DNA from: Desulfomicrobium sp.
GTDB taxonomy: Bacteria > Desulfobacterota > Desulfovibrionia > Desulfovibrionales > Desulfomicrobiaceae
DNA: 64,000 bases
Direction: 5' to 3'
Assembly: GCA_040768745.1 (NCBI GenBank)
Contig: JAXGMI010000002.1
Coordinates: forward strand, 832,001-896,000
Each line of letters starts with the position of its first letter. The stretch's first letter is position 1. This document shows, one piece after another, positions 1 to 8,797 of this stretch. The notes below the pieces were generated by a model. That model made no database searches and was not told the DNA's origin. It saw only the letters and a list, made by a program, of their open reading frames with translations. Position numbers and translations under genes: made by a program.

Positions 1-835
1 TGACCACGGCAGCCACTTCCCCGGCAAACCCCCCGGTGCGCGTGGCCTCGTGCAGCACCACCAAACGGCCCGTCTTCCGCACCGAGTGGAGAATGGCGTC
101 CTTGTCCAGGGGAACCAGGCTGCGCAGGTCCACAACCTCCAGCTCGATGCCTTCCTCCGCCAATCGCTGAGCGGCGTTCAGCGCCACACCCAGCATTTTG
201 GACCACGTCACCACAGTCACATCCCTGCCCGGACGCTTGACGTCAGCCTTCCCAATAGGAACCAGGTAGTCCCCCTCGGGAACCGGCCCGGGAACGAAGT
301 AGAGCATCATGTCCTCGATGAAGACAACCGGGTTCGGATCCCTGATGGCGGACTTCAGGAGTCCTTTGGCGTCGGCCGGGGTGGAGGGCATGACCACTTT
401 CAGCCCCGGGCAGTGGGCAACCCATGCCTCCAGGTTGTGGGAATGCTGGCAACCCGCCCCGAAGCCTGCCCCGGACTTGATGCGCACCACCAGGGGGAAG
501 GAGGACTTGCCGCCCGAAAGGTAGCGCAGCTTGGCGGCATGGTTGACGATCATGTCCGAAGCCAGGGTGAAGAACGGGTTGAACATGATTTCGATGACCG
601 GCCTGAGGCCTGCTTCTGCAGCCCCCACGGCCAGGCCTGCAATGGCCGCTTCGGAAACCGGCGTGTCCCTGACCCGTCCGGGGCCGAACTCGTTCAGCAG
701 CCCGAATGTGGGGAGCATGGGGCTCTCGTGTATGCCCACACCGATGCCTTCCCCGGCAATGAAGACATTGGCATCCAAGATCATTTCTTCCCTCAAGGCC
801 TGGTTCACGGCCTGGCCCATTCCTAGTTTCTGCAT
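1..835 (-). CDS. TPP-dependent 2-oxoacid/acetoin dehydrogenase E1 beta subunit (3' end runs off the window)
   Basis: Read manually on the minus strand from ATG 835 (RBS AAGGAG): MQKLGMGQAVNQALREEM...RVRDTPVSEAAIAGLAVGAA...QHSHNLEAW...PGLKVVMPSTPADAKGLLKSAI...EVVDLRSLVPLD, the standard E1-beta motifs. Absent from the ORF track because it is open at the window edge. Confidence 0.92.
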   Translation of the reverse strand, partial: MQKLGMGQAVNQALREEMILDANVFIAGEGIGVGIHESPMLPTFGLLNEFGPGRVRDTPVSEAAIAGLAVGAAEAGLRPVIEIMFNPFFTLASDMIVNHAAKLRYLSGGKSSFPLVVRIKSGAGFGAGCQHSHNLEAWVAHCPGLKVVMPSTPADAKGLLKSAIRDPNPVVFIEDMMLYFVPGPVPEGDYLVPIGKADVKRPGRDVTVVTWSKMLGVALNAAQRLAEEGIELEVVDLRSLVPLDKDAILHSVRKTGRLVVLHEATRTGGFAGEVAAVV

Positions 836-868
836 GGACTCGCTCCTTACATGGTGAAATCTATTGCT

Positions 869-1831
869 TCAGGCGTAGACATCCTCGAGGGCCTCGTGGG
901 GCTCGGGGTACGGGCTGTCCTCGGCGAAACGGATGGCTTCCTCTACGATGGCATCAATCTCCGCCTCCATCCGCCGCAGTTCGTCCCCGCTGATGAGGTT
1001 CCCGGCGAGCATCTCTCCGCGCAGTTTCGGAATGGGACACGTGGCCTGCCACAACTCGATCTCCTCCCGGGGCTGGTAGAGCTGGAGGTCTTGCTCGCCA
1101 TGGCCCCGCCAGCGATACGTCTTGTACTCGATGAGGGTCGGGCCCTTTCCGGCCAGGGCGCGGGTCCTGGCCTCCGCTGCAGAGGCATAGACGGCCAAGG
1201 CGTCGTTGCCGTCGACCACGACCCCAGGCATGGCATACCCGGCAGCCCTGTCCGCAATGTTTTTCGCCTTGGTGTGCTGCTCATAGCGCTGCGCGCCTGC
1301 GTACAGGTTGTTCTCGCACACGAAGAGCACCGGAAGATCCCAGACGCTGGCGAGATTGAGGGCCTCGTGGAAGGACCCCTCGTTCGTTGCCCCGTCCCCG
1401 ATGAAACAGACCGTGACGCTCTTCTCCTGCCTGTATTGCTGGGCAAAGGCCCTGCCCACGGCGATAGGCGGGCCGCCGCCCACCACCGTCGTGGTGCACG
1501 GGGCGTTGATCTCGGGGACGGCCAGATGCAACGTCCCGCTCTTGCCCCTGTTGCACCCTGTTTTCTTGCAGAAGATTTCAGCCATGAGCGATTTTGGATC
1601 CGCCCCCTTGGCCAGCAGATGGCTGTGGCTGCGGTGGTTGGTGATGATCACGTCCGCCGGCTGCAGGGCTGCGCACACGCCTGCCCCCACCGCCTCCTGC
1701 CCGGTACACAGGATCATCATGCCCGGGATCTTGCCCTTGATCTTGCAAAGTTCCGTGAGGGACTCCTCAAACCTGCGGGAAAGCAGCATTGACCTGAGCA
1801 TTTCCAGTTTCTTCTCTCTGGATACAAGCAT
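869..1831 (-). CDS. TPP-dependent dehydrogenase E1 alpha subunit
   Basis: GQEA, NHRSH, TPP motif GDGATNEG...ENN, VDGND and KTYRWRGH. Start placed at ATG 1831 (MLVSREKK) behind GAGGAG. Confidence 0.92.
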   Translation of the reverse strand: MLVSREKKLEMLRSMLLSRRFEESLTELCKIKGKIPGMMILCTGQEAVGAGVCAALQPADVIITNHRSHSHLLAKGADPKSLMAEIFCKKTGCNRGKSGTLHLAVPEINAPCTTTVVGGGPPIAVGRAFAQQYRQEKSVTVCFIGDGATNEGSFHEALNLASVWDLPVLFVCENNLYAGAQRYEQHTKAKNIADRAAGYAMPGVVVDGNDALAVYASAAEARTRALAGKGPTLIEYKTYRWRGHGEQDLQLYQPREEIELWQATCPIPKLRGEMLAGNLISGDELRRMEAEIDAIVEEAIRFAEDSPYPEPHEALEDVYA

Positions 1832-2319
1832 GGGTACTCCTCTTTTCCGGATCAGATCCAATTGAAGTGTATGATAGCCCGGCAGCCAGCCACGGCCCTG
1901 AACATCTCGGGTTCTCGAGGGGAAAACCTGCTTCCCCATGGCTATTGCACCCGAGGATGACAAAAAAATGCCCGAAAATCCACAGTTCGCCGCACAAGGA
2001 ATGCGCCCGAAATCCTGGACTGGAGTTTGGACGGGATGACAGACAGTATGATATGCATCGAGTCAGGCCTGTGAAGGGATTTCCGGGACATCCCGCCGGA
2101 GTCAGAAAAAATTTCTCATCCGATGATGTTCATGCCATGGTCAAGGCCGGGGAGATCACCTCCCGGAGCCAAGGCTGGACAGGATGGAAAAATTGGGTTT
2201 GATTCTTGCTAAGCTGAAAACATCCGCTGGTTTTCCTGCGGGGAAACCCCGGAACCCTGAACCGTTTCCGCAGGACGCCGGCTTTGATGGCAGACGCGAC
2301 CGCCAATGAGGAACAGACA

Positions 2320-3258
2320 ATGAAAAAAATGCTCGTTTCGATCCTGATATCGTCATTTCTCATCCTGCCAACCTCGTTGCCTGCCGGCGTGAATGTCAGT
2401 GTAGGCATTGCGCTGCCCCCCCTGATCGTCTTTGCGGGACCTCCAGCAGTCGTAGTTATTCCAGGTACATATGTTTATGCCATTCCAGATGTCGAGGCTG
2501 AAATATTTTTCCATGTCGGATGGTGGTGGCGTTTCTGGGATGGCCGATGGTATCGGTCCCGCTATTACGACCGGGATTGGCTTTACTTCAGATATGTACC
2601 CAGGTTTTATTATGAAATAGATCCGGGTTGGAGGGAGTATTACACCCACCGCCATTGGCACGGACACCCATGGCAGTATGAAAGGATTCCAGTGCATCGC
2701 GTTCAGCAAAACTGGAACACCTGGCAGAAGAACCGGTATTGGGAAAAACAGAAGAACTGGGGGGTCCAGAATTTCCAGCCCCGACCCTACAGCCAGCCCC
2801 CCGACGCGGGGCCCCGCAGGCAGGAGCAGTACCAGGACCGCAGGGACTCCCAACGCATGCAGCCCCAGCGCGAACAGCGCCAGCGCGAACAACGGGAGCA
2901 GCGGCCCCAGAGACTGGAGCAGTACCAGGACCGCGGGGACTCCCAGCGCGAACAGCGCCAGCGCGAACAACGGGAGCAGCGGCCCCAGAGACTGGAGCAG
3001 TACCAGGACCGCGGGGACTCCCAACGCATGCAGCGCCAGCGCGAACAACGGGAGCAGCGGCCCCAGAGGTACCTGCAGAACAGGGAAACCCGCGGTTCAG
3101 GACCGCAACAGCTCAGCCAGGGGGAGCTCCAGAATCAAAGGTCGCAATTTTCACTTCCTGAGAGAAACGACCGACCTCGCCACGTTCAGAGCGGGGGACA
3201 GTACCATGGGCGTCATGCTGAGCCGCGGGAACAGCGTCGCCATGGAAAATCACTTTGA
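2320..3258 (+). CDS. Exported hypothetical protein: signal peptide, Trp/Tyr-rich domain, and Q/R/E-rich repeat tail
   Basis: MKKMLVSILISSFLILPTSLPA signal-like N-terminus followed by GVNVSVGIALPP, an aromatic-rich core and a low-complexity C-terminus. RBS GAGGA. Confidence 0.75.
   Translation: MKKMLVSILISSFLILPTSLPAGVNVSVGIALPPLIVFAGPPAVVVIPGTYVYAIPDVEAEIFFHVGWWWRFWDGRWYRSRYYDRDWLYFRYVPRFYYEIDPGWREYYTHRHWHGHPWQYERIPVHRVQQNWNTWQKNRYWEKQKNWGVQNFQPRPYSQPPDAGPRRQEQYQDRRDSQRMQPQREQRQREQREQRPQRLEQYQDRGDSQREQRQREQREQRPQRLEQYQDRGDSQRMQRQREQREQRPQRYLQNRETRGSGPQQLSQGELQNQRSQFSLPERNDRPRHVQSGGQYHGRHAEPREQRRHGKSL
2823..3068 (+). repeat. In-frame tandem repeat, three units (93, 78 and about 75 bp)
   Basis: Units start with GGAGCAGTACCAGGACCGC at 2823, 2916 and 2994 and encode EQYQDRGDSQR..QRQREQREQRPQR. 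Confidence 0.9.
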
Positions 3259-3288
3259 TCAGCCAGTGTTGATCCAATACCCGCACAC

Positions 3289-4038
3289 CTACGGTTTCTT
3301 GAATCCGTACCGGGCCAAAATGGCCTGGCCTTCAGCGCCCTTGACGAAGTCAATGAAGGCCTGCCCCGTGCCCTTGCTCTTGGAGGTTTGCAACAGGGCG
3401 ATGGGGTAGCTGATGGTCTTGTGGCCTCGGATCTCGGCTGCGACCTTGACCTTGTCGGTGCGCAAGGCCGCGTCCGTGGCGTAGACGAAACCGGCCTGGA
3501 CCTCGCCGCGGGCCACGTAATCCAGGGCCTGGCGCACGCTTTCGGCCAGCACGAACTTCGGGGTCAGGGCATCGTAGAGCCCGGCCGCGGTCAGGGCGCC
3601 CTTGGTGTAGCGGCCCACGGGCACGGACTCTGGGTTGCCGATGGCGATGAGCTTGAACGCGTTGCCCTGCAGGTCCTTGGGGTCGGCCACGGCCTGGCCG
3701 CCCTCGGCCGGTACGATGAGTACCAGGGCGTTGCCGGCGAAATTGGCGCGGGTGGGGGCGTCGATCAGCGCCGCGGCCTTGTCCATGGTCTCCTGGTCGG
3801 CCGAGGCAAAGACGTCCACCGGCGCGCCCTGCTCCATCTGCTTCAGCAGGGCACCCGAAGCGGCGAAATTAAAGACCACTGTCGTGCCTGGATGGGCTTT
3901 CTCGAAGGGCGCCTTCATCTCCTCGAAGGCGTTGGTCAGGCTGGCTGCGGCAGAAATGACGAGGTCGGCGGCCATGGCCGGCGTGAAAACGAGGACAAGG
4001 CATAGGGACAACATTGCGTGAACGATTCGTGGATGCAT
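3289..4038 (-). CDS. modA: Molybdate ABC transporter substrate-binding protein
   Basis: Signal peptide, SAAASL, NFAASGAL, DVFASAD, GNPESVPVGRY, ESVRQALDYV, GFVYATDA. Confidence 0.95.
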   Translation of the reverse strand: MHPRIVHAMLSLCLVLVFTPAMAADLVISAAASLTNAFEEMKAPFEKAHPGTTVVFNFAASGALLKQMEQGAPVDVFASADQETMDKAAALIDAPTRANFAGNALVLIVPAEGGQAVADPKDLQGNAFKLIAIGNPESVPVGRYTKGALTAAGLYDALTPKFVLAESVRQALDYVARGEVQAGFVYATDAALRTDKVKVAAEIRGHKTISYPIALLQTSKSKGTGQAFIDFVKGAEGQAILARYGFKKP

Positions 4039-4103
4039 GATAACTCCTTTTGCAAGCTGTGATGATTTCCCTCTGGCTTTATGTGCCTCTGTTTGGCAAC
4101 CTG

Positions 4104-4129
4104 GTCACGTTTGCGGATCAAAGCGTGAC
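4104..4129. promoter_or_regulatory. Palindromic operator GTCACG-N14-CGTGAC (putative TunR site) between modA and tunR
   Basis: GTCACG 4104-4109 and CGTGAC 4124-4129. The same geometry recurs upstream of modB. Confidence 0.8.
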
Positions 4130-4182
4130 AATGTTGATCAAGGACCGATATGTCGTGCATTGTTGTAAAACAGGGGGAATGC

Positions 4183-5352
4183 ATGGAGGGTAACAGAACA
4201 TCGTCATTGAGAGATCTGCACAAATTGGATCATCTCGATCCGGATGCATTGGTCAGTCTGGCGGCTGCTGCCCAGGAGGAGATCCGCCGAAGAGGCCTGG
4301 ACAGATCGATCCCAGGGGGCGTCCGGGCTCCCAAGACCATGCGGATGTTTCAGGTTCCCCAATCGGTCAAGTATCTGACTCCGCTTCAGATCGAAACACT
4401 GACCGGAGCTTTTCGGCATTGGCGACAGGGAGCCCGCGACGAGCGCACCCGACAGGCGCGTACACGCATGTGGCTTCTTTTCCTGCTGCTTCGCTTCACC
4501 GGCATGCGCCTGGGCGAGGTTCTGGAACTGGATGACCGGGCCGACTTCGATCTGGCAAGACAAGTGGTCCGCGTCGGCGGCGAGGCCCCCCGCGAGGTTC
4601 CCCTTCCGGCGGAAGTTGTGGACAGCCTGCGCATGTTCTTCGACGCGCCCATGAGCATGGAACTGCGCGGCCATGTCTTCCGCCTGGATCAGGGCTATGT
4701 GCGGCGCAAATTTTCCGAGCTCGGCAAATCCACGAACATTCCCAGAGAACTCCTGAACCCCCGGGTTCTGAGGCATTCGCGGGCAATCGAGCTGCTGCGC
4801 GCCGGAGTACCGCTGGTCGTCGTGGATGTCATGCTCGGACAGCAGAGCCCGCCATCCCAGTACGTCAGTTTTTCCGATGCCGACACCCGGCGTATCATGG
4901 ACTACTACATTTACCAGGAGAGAAAGATGAAGACGTCAGCGCGTAACATGTTTGTCGGACAGATCAGTGCCATCCGTGAAGGGGGGATCCTTGCCGAGGT
5001 GGAAGTAACGACGGCCACTGGCCTCAAGGTTGTGTCCGTCATCACCAAGGAAAGTTTCCAGAACCTGGGGTTAGCCATGGGGATGACCGTCTTCGCCACG
5101 GTCAAGGCGCCCTGGGTCGTACTGGTCAAGGAGGATTCCATGTTCAAGACCAGCGCGCGCAACAAATTCTGCGGCAGGATCTCGGCCGTCAACGCCGATC
5201 AGATCGCGGCCGAGGTGGTGGTGGACTTGGCCGACGGCACCAAGGTCACTTCCCTCATCACCGACGAGTCCGCAAAAAAGCTGAACCTCAAGGTCGGCGA
5301 CGAGATCTGCGCCATGGTCAAGGCCTTCTCCGTTATCCTGGCTTTGGAATGA
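4183..5352 (+). CDS. tunR: TunR-family Mo/W-responsive regulator: tyrosine-recombinase-like domain plus two TOBE/Mop domains
   Basis: TGMRLGE and RVLRHSRA...MLGQ (degenerate XerC/D motifs), followed by two 'KTSARN' Mop repeats. Lies between modA and modCB. Confidence 0.85.
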   Translation: MEGNRTSSLRDLHKLDHLDPDALVSLAAAAQEEIRRRGLDRSIPGGVRAPKTMRMFQVPQSVKYLTPLQIETLTGAFRHWRQGARDERTRQARTRMWLLFLLLRFTGMRLGEVLELDDRADFDLARQVVRVGGEAPREVPLPAEVVDSLRMFFDAPMSMELRGHVFRLDQGYVRRKFSELGKSTNIPRELLNPRVLRHSRAIELLRAGVPLVVVDVMLGQQSPPSQYVSFSDADTRRIMDYYIYQERKMKTSARNMFVGQISAIREGGILAEVEVTTATGLKVVSVITKESFQNLGLAMGMTVFATVKAPWVVLVKEDSMFKTSARNKFCGRISAVNADQIAAEVVVDLADGTKVTSLITDESAKKLNLKVGDEICAMVKAFSVILALE

Positions 5353-5371
5353 CCTCCCCCACTGCTATGGC

Positions 5372-5407
5372 AAAAGAGCCCGGTGCGGATTCGCCCCGGG
5401 CTCTTTT
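5372..5407. terminator. Bidirectional intrinsic terminator between convergent tunR and modC
   Basis: AAAAGAGCCCGG...CCGGGCTCTTTT inverted repeat. Confidence 0.8.
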
Positions 5408-5455
5408 GTTGCTTTTTTCCATGGCGGCATGAAGGGGGCAGAAAACACTCGGGCC

Positions 5456-6274
5456 CTATTGCTGGGCGGCCTGGAAGAGTGGGTCGAGGATCTGACGGGC
5501 GGATTCCCTGCGGCGTCGCGCCTCGTAGTCAATGACGTCCAGCACCCGGCCGTGGCCGAAGGCCACCAGGGTCTGAGCGAAGTGATCGACGTCTTCGAGG
5601 TTGTGGCTGACCATGACCAGGGGCAAGTCGAAGCGCTGCAGGATGGCGAAAAGCTCGACACGCATGCGCTCGCGCAAAGGATGGTCTAGCGCCGTGAAGG
5701 GCTCGTCCAGGAGCAGGAGGTCCGGCTCCGTGGCCAAGGCCCTGGCCAGGGCTGTGCGCTGGCGTTGGCCGCCGGAGATCTGGTCCGGCCGCTGCCCGGC
5801 TAGGTCAGTCAGGCCGCACAGCTCCAGCAGTTCATCGACGCGTTGCCTGCGGGCGCTCCTGAGGGGACCGAAAACAGGTTTCAGCCCGAAGGCCACGTTG
5901 TCCCGTACGGTCAAATGCGGAAAGAGGGCATAATCCTGGAAAAGCATGCCAATCTTGCGCTTGCGGGCCGGAATGTTCACCCCGGAAGCGGCGTCAAAGA
6001 AGGTTCTGCCCCGGACCTCGATACGTCCCAAATTGGGCTTGAGAAGGCCGGCCAGGGCCAGGAGTGTCAGGCTCTTGCCTGAGCCCGATGGGCCGAAGAG
6101 AGCGATGCGCTTGCCGGGTGCCTTGAAGCGAGCCAGCAGGCGGAACTCGGCCCCCGGGGCCGTGACGCGAGCATCGATGTCGCAGATGATGGTCGGGGCC
6201 GAAGGCGTCGGGTCCATCCGTACGCGCATGCCCTCCTCGGAAGAGGTACTGGAGCTGTGGCTGATGTCGAACAT
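5456..6274 (-). CDS. modC: Molybdate ABC transporter ATPase (no C-terminal TOBE)
   Basis: Walker A GPSGSGKS, FQDYALFPHL, signature ISGGQRQR, Walker B LLLLDEP. Alternative start at 6229 with a GAGGAG RBS. Confidence 0.88.
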   Translation of the reverse strand: MFDISHSSSTSSEEGMRVRMDPTPSAPTIICDIDARVTAPGAEFRLLARFKAPGKRIALFGPSGSGKSLTLLALAGLLKPNLGRIEVRGRTFFDAASGVNIPARKRKIGMLFQDYALFPHLTVRDNVAFGLKPVFGPLRSARRQRVDELLELCGLTDLAGQRPDQISGGQRQRTALARALATEPDLLLLDEPFTALDHPLRERMRVELFAILQRFDLPLVMVSHNLEDVDHFAQTLVAFGHGRVLDVIDYEARRRRESARQILDPLFQAAQQ

Positions 6275-6276
6275 GG

Positions 6277-6948
6277 TCAGGCCTGCCACCTGGGTGTCAG
6301 GAGGCGCCCCGAGACCCAGAGGATGAGGGTGCACAGCACCGAGATGAGGAGGACGAGCTGCGCTGCCAGGCTGTCCTGGCCGGCTTGCGTCGTGCTGTAC
6401 ACGGCCAGGGACAACGTCTGCGTCCGGCCTGGAAGATTGCCGGCGATCATCAGCGTGGCTCCGAATTCGCCCATGGCCCGGGCAAAGGCCAGCATGGTCC
6501 CCGCCAGAATCCCCCGTCCGGCCAGCGGCAGGCAGACGCGCAGGAATACGCGCCATTCTGGATAACCCATGGTCCTGGCCGCGTCTTCGAACTTGCGTTC
6601 GACACCGTCCAGTGCGGCACGGGCGGACTTGAAGACGAGAGGGAAAGAGACCACAGCGGCAGCGATGACGGCTCCCTGCCAGGTGAAGATAAGCGTCACC
6701 CCGAAGTTCTCCTGCAACCACCGCCCCACGAATCCGTGCCGACCCAGCAGGACGATCAGGTAGTAGCCCAGGACCGTGGGCGGCAGGACCATGGGCAGGC
6801 TCAGGATGGAGTCGAACAAATCCTTGCCTGGAAAGCGATAGCGATGAAAAACCCAGCCCAGGAGGACCCCGAAGGTTAGGGAGGTCAGGGTGGCCAGGGT
6901 CGCCACGCGCAGGCTGAGCTGCACCGGGAAGAAAAAGCTCGTGTCCAT
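6277..6948 (-). CDS. modB: Molybdate ABC transporter permease
   Basis: LPMVLPPTVLGYYL, EAA-like EDAARTMG, FARAMGEFGAT, AGNLPGRTQTL. Confidence 0.95.
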   Translation of the reverse strand: MDTSFFFPVQLSLRVATLATLTSLTFGVLLGWVFHRYRFPGKDLFDSILSLPMVLPPTVLGYYLIVLLGRHGFVGRWLQENFGVTLIFTWQGAVIAAAVVSFPLVFKSARAALDGVERKFEDAARTMGYPEWRVFLRVCLPLAGRGILAGTMLAFARAMGEFGATLMIAGNLPGRTQTLSLAVYSTTQAGQDSLAAQLVLLISVLCTLILWVSGRLLTPRWQA

Positions 6949-7122
6949 CGGAGCTCCACGCACCGTACCAGGGGGATTAACGCTGTATTGGTCTTTGCCG
7001 TCTGCGCCCTTTCAAGGCCTTCAAGGCAGCTGCTGGCTGAGAGGCACGGCAAAAGTCATTCTTCTGGCCAACCGGTTCAATTTTTTTAAAACTAACTGCA
7101 GCGGGTACTTGGCGGCAAGGCA

Positions 7123-7148
7123 GTCACGCATGTCCTGAAAAACGTGAC
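7123..7148. promoter_or_regulatory. Second GTCACG-N14-CGTGAC operator upstream of modBC
   Basis: GTCACG 7123-7128 and CGTGAC 7143-7148. Confidence 0.8.
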
Positions 7149-7186
7149 CAGTGCCATATTCACGACGTAAACCGGATTTTGAACAT

Positions 7187-7212
7187 AAAAAAAGCCCGTC
7201 GAGACGGGCTTT
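7187..7212 (-). terminator. Intrinsic terminator of the RRM gene
   Basis: AAAGCCCGTC-GA-GACGGGCTTT hairpin preceded by an A-run on + (U-tail on -). Confidence 0.8.
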
Positions 7213-7231
7213 CCGGATGCTTTGGGCTGAC

Positions 7232-7495
7232 TTAGTAGCGGCTGCGGCTTTCGCGGGGCTGCGCTTCGTTGACCTTCAGGCTGCGGCCCTGACAGTCGGT
7301 GCCGTTCAGCGCCTGGATGGACTTGCGGGCGCCTTCTTCATCCATCTCCACGAAGCCGAAGCCACGGGAGCGACCGGTTTCACGGTCCTCGATGACATGG
7401 GCGGAAGTGACTTGGCCATACTGGGAAAACATGGCGTGAAGATCAGAATCGGAGGTCGACCAGGACAGATTACCAACATAGATGTTCTTAGACAA
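7232..7495 (-). CDS. Single-RRM RNA-binding protein
   Basis: RNP2 IYVGNL, RNP1 RGFGFVEM, DRETGRS, LKVNEA. TTG start behind GGAG. Confidence 0.93.
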   Translation of the reverse strand: MSKNIYVGNLSWSTSDSDLHAMFSQYGQVTSAHVIEDRETGRSRGFGFVEMDEEGARKSIQALNGTDCQGRSLKVNEAQPRESRSRY

Positions 7496-7826
7496 AACAG
7501 AAACTCCAATGAAAAAAGAGGAATAAAAAAGCTTTGATCCTGATGAAAACAGAATTAATCAGGATTGCAAAATCACATGCAAAGTTCCATAGAATTTATA
7601 TGAATAATTTCGCAAAGCAGATGTTGACTATGCATGTTCGGAAATGTTGTCAATAAATATTATGAATTATTTCATAGAAAAGTATTTTTTCACGCAGCCA
7701 ACATTATTTAAAAAAATTTCATCCAGCAGATTTGTAAATTTTTTGTGCCATTATGATTAAAAAATAAATCCACTTTTTTCAAATTATATCTTACGATTTT
7801 TTTTATCTTGTAAATTGATGTATATT

Positions 7827-8759
7827 TTACTTTATTTTATAAAAAATCCCCCTACTTTGCCGCACTGTCACGATTTTATTTTCTTTTTCCAATATGGTTA
7901 AATACTTGTTTATCTCATTTCTATGCAGCCCTAATATCTTCGAAAGATCTTCCAGCGTACAAGGTCTTCGTAAAATTGTTTCATACATAGCTGATTCAAC
8001 ATCTTTTCTATACGAATCCGAATTTTTTCGTTGTGGCGATGCTGCAATTATTTCAACATTATCCATTTCAAAAAATTCACGAATACGTTCAAGATCTTCT
8101 CTTGAAGCAGCCGTCAGTTCTTGTACCAGACCTGGCCTGTCCAATGTATTGAGCTGAACAGAATCAGGATTTATCCTCACTATTGCCTTTTTCATTTCCG
8201 ACAATTCTTCTGGATTGTCATTGTACCCAGGCAGAATAAACACCTCGAGCCAAATTTTTCCATGGAATTCTTCTCGAAATGCAACCAGTCCTTCAATATA
8301 TTGGCCGATCGTCAAGCTTTTGTGAGGTCGATTTATCTTTTGAAATACTTCTTCCGTCCCAGCATCCAACGAAGGAAGCACAAGATTCGCATTCAACAAC
8401 GATTCTCTGACGCTTTTTTCATGAAACAAGGTTCCGTTCGTCAGGATCGCAACTGGAATTTGCGGACGACTGTGTTGAACAAAATCCATTATATTTTTCA
8501 AATTGCTGTGCAAAGTTGGCTCTCCTGACCCCGAAAATGTGATATAGTCCGGGTCCGGATTTTCAGCAAAATAGCGTTCCAGCTCTGCCATGATTTTCTG
8601 CGTGTTGAAATATTCCTTTCTTTCAACGGTCAATCGTGTTGTCTTCCCGACCTCACAATAGACACAGTCAAGAGAACATACCTTCCTGGGAACCAGATCA
8701 ATTCCCAGGGACATGCCCAGGCGCCGTGAAGGCACAGGGCCGAATACATATTTGTACAT
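7827..8759 (-). CDS. Radical SAM protein (COG0731-like) with C-terminal HTH-like tail
   Basis: FGPVPSRRLGMSLGID, CxxxCxxC (CSLDCVYC), TFSGSGEPTL, LTNG, QLNTLDRP. Confidence 0.9.
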   Translation of the reverse strand: MYKYVFGPVPSRRLGMSLGIDLVPRKVCSLDCVYCEVGKTTRLTVERKEYFNTQKIMAELERYFAENPDPDYITFSGSGEPTLHSNLKNIMDFVQHSRPQIPVAILTNGTLFHEKSVRESLLNANLVLPSLDAGTEEVFQKINRPHKSLTIGQYIEGLVAFREEFHGKIWLEVFILPGYNDNPEELSEMKKAIVRINPDSVQLNTLDRPGLVQELTAASREDLERIREFFEMDNVEIIAASPQRKNSDSYRKDVESAMYETILRRPCTLEDLSKILGLHRNEINKYLTILEKENKIVTVRQSRGIFYKIK

Positions 8760-8797
8760 GGCGATTCCTTTTTCAGGCGATCAATGATGCGGTCAAT

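Noticed and set aside
2823..3068. CRISPR-like array (also 23937-24239)
   Set aside because: In-frame coding tandem repeats with no unique spacers, and no cas genes nearby.
4183..5352. Phage integrase or genomic-island integrase
   Set aside because: Catalytic His motifs are degenerate, the protein is fused to Mop/TOBE domains and it sits within modABC, which fits the TunR regulator.
6949..7122. Moco/Tuco riboswitch in the modB leader (also checked wtpA and HPP leaders)
   Set aside because: Only a generic TTTGCCGT/ACGGCAAA stem is present; I could not match the Moco motif by eye. An Rfam scan would settle it.
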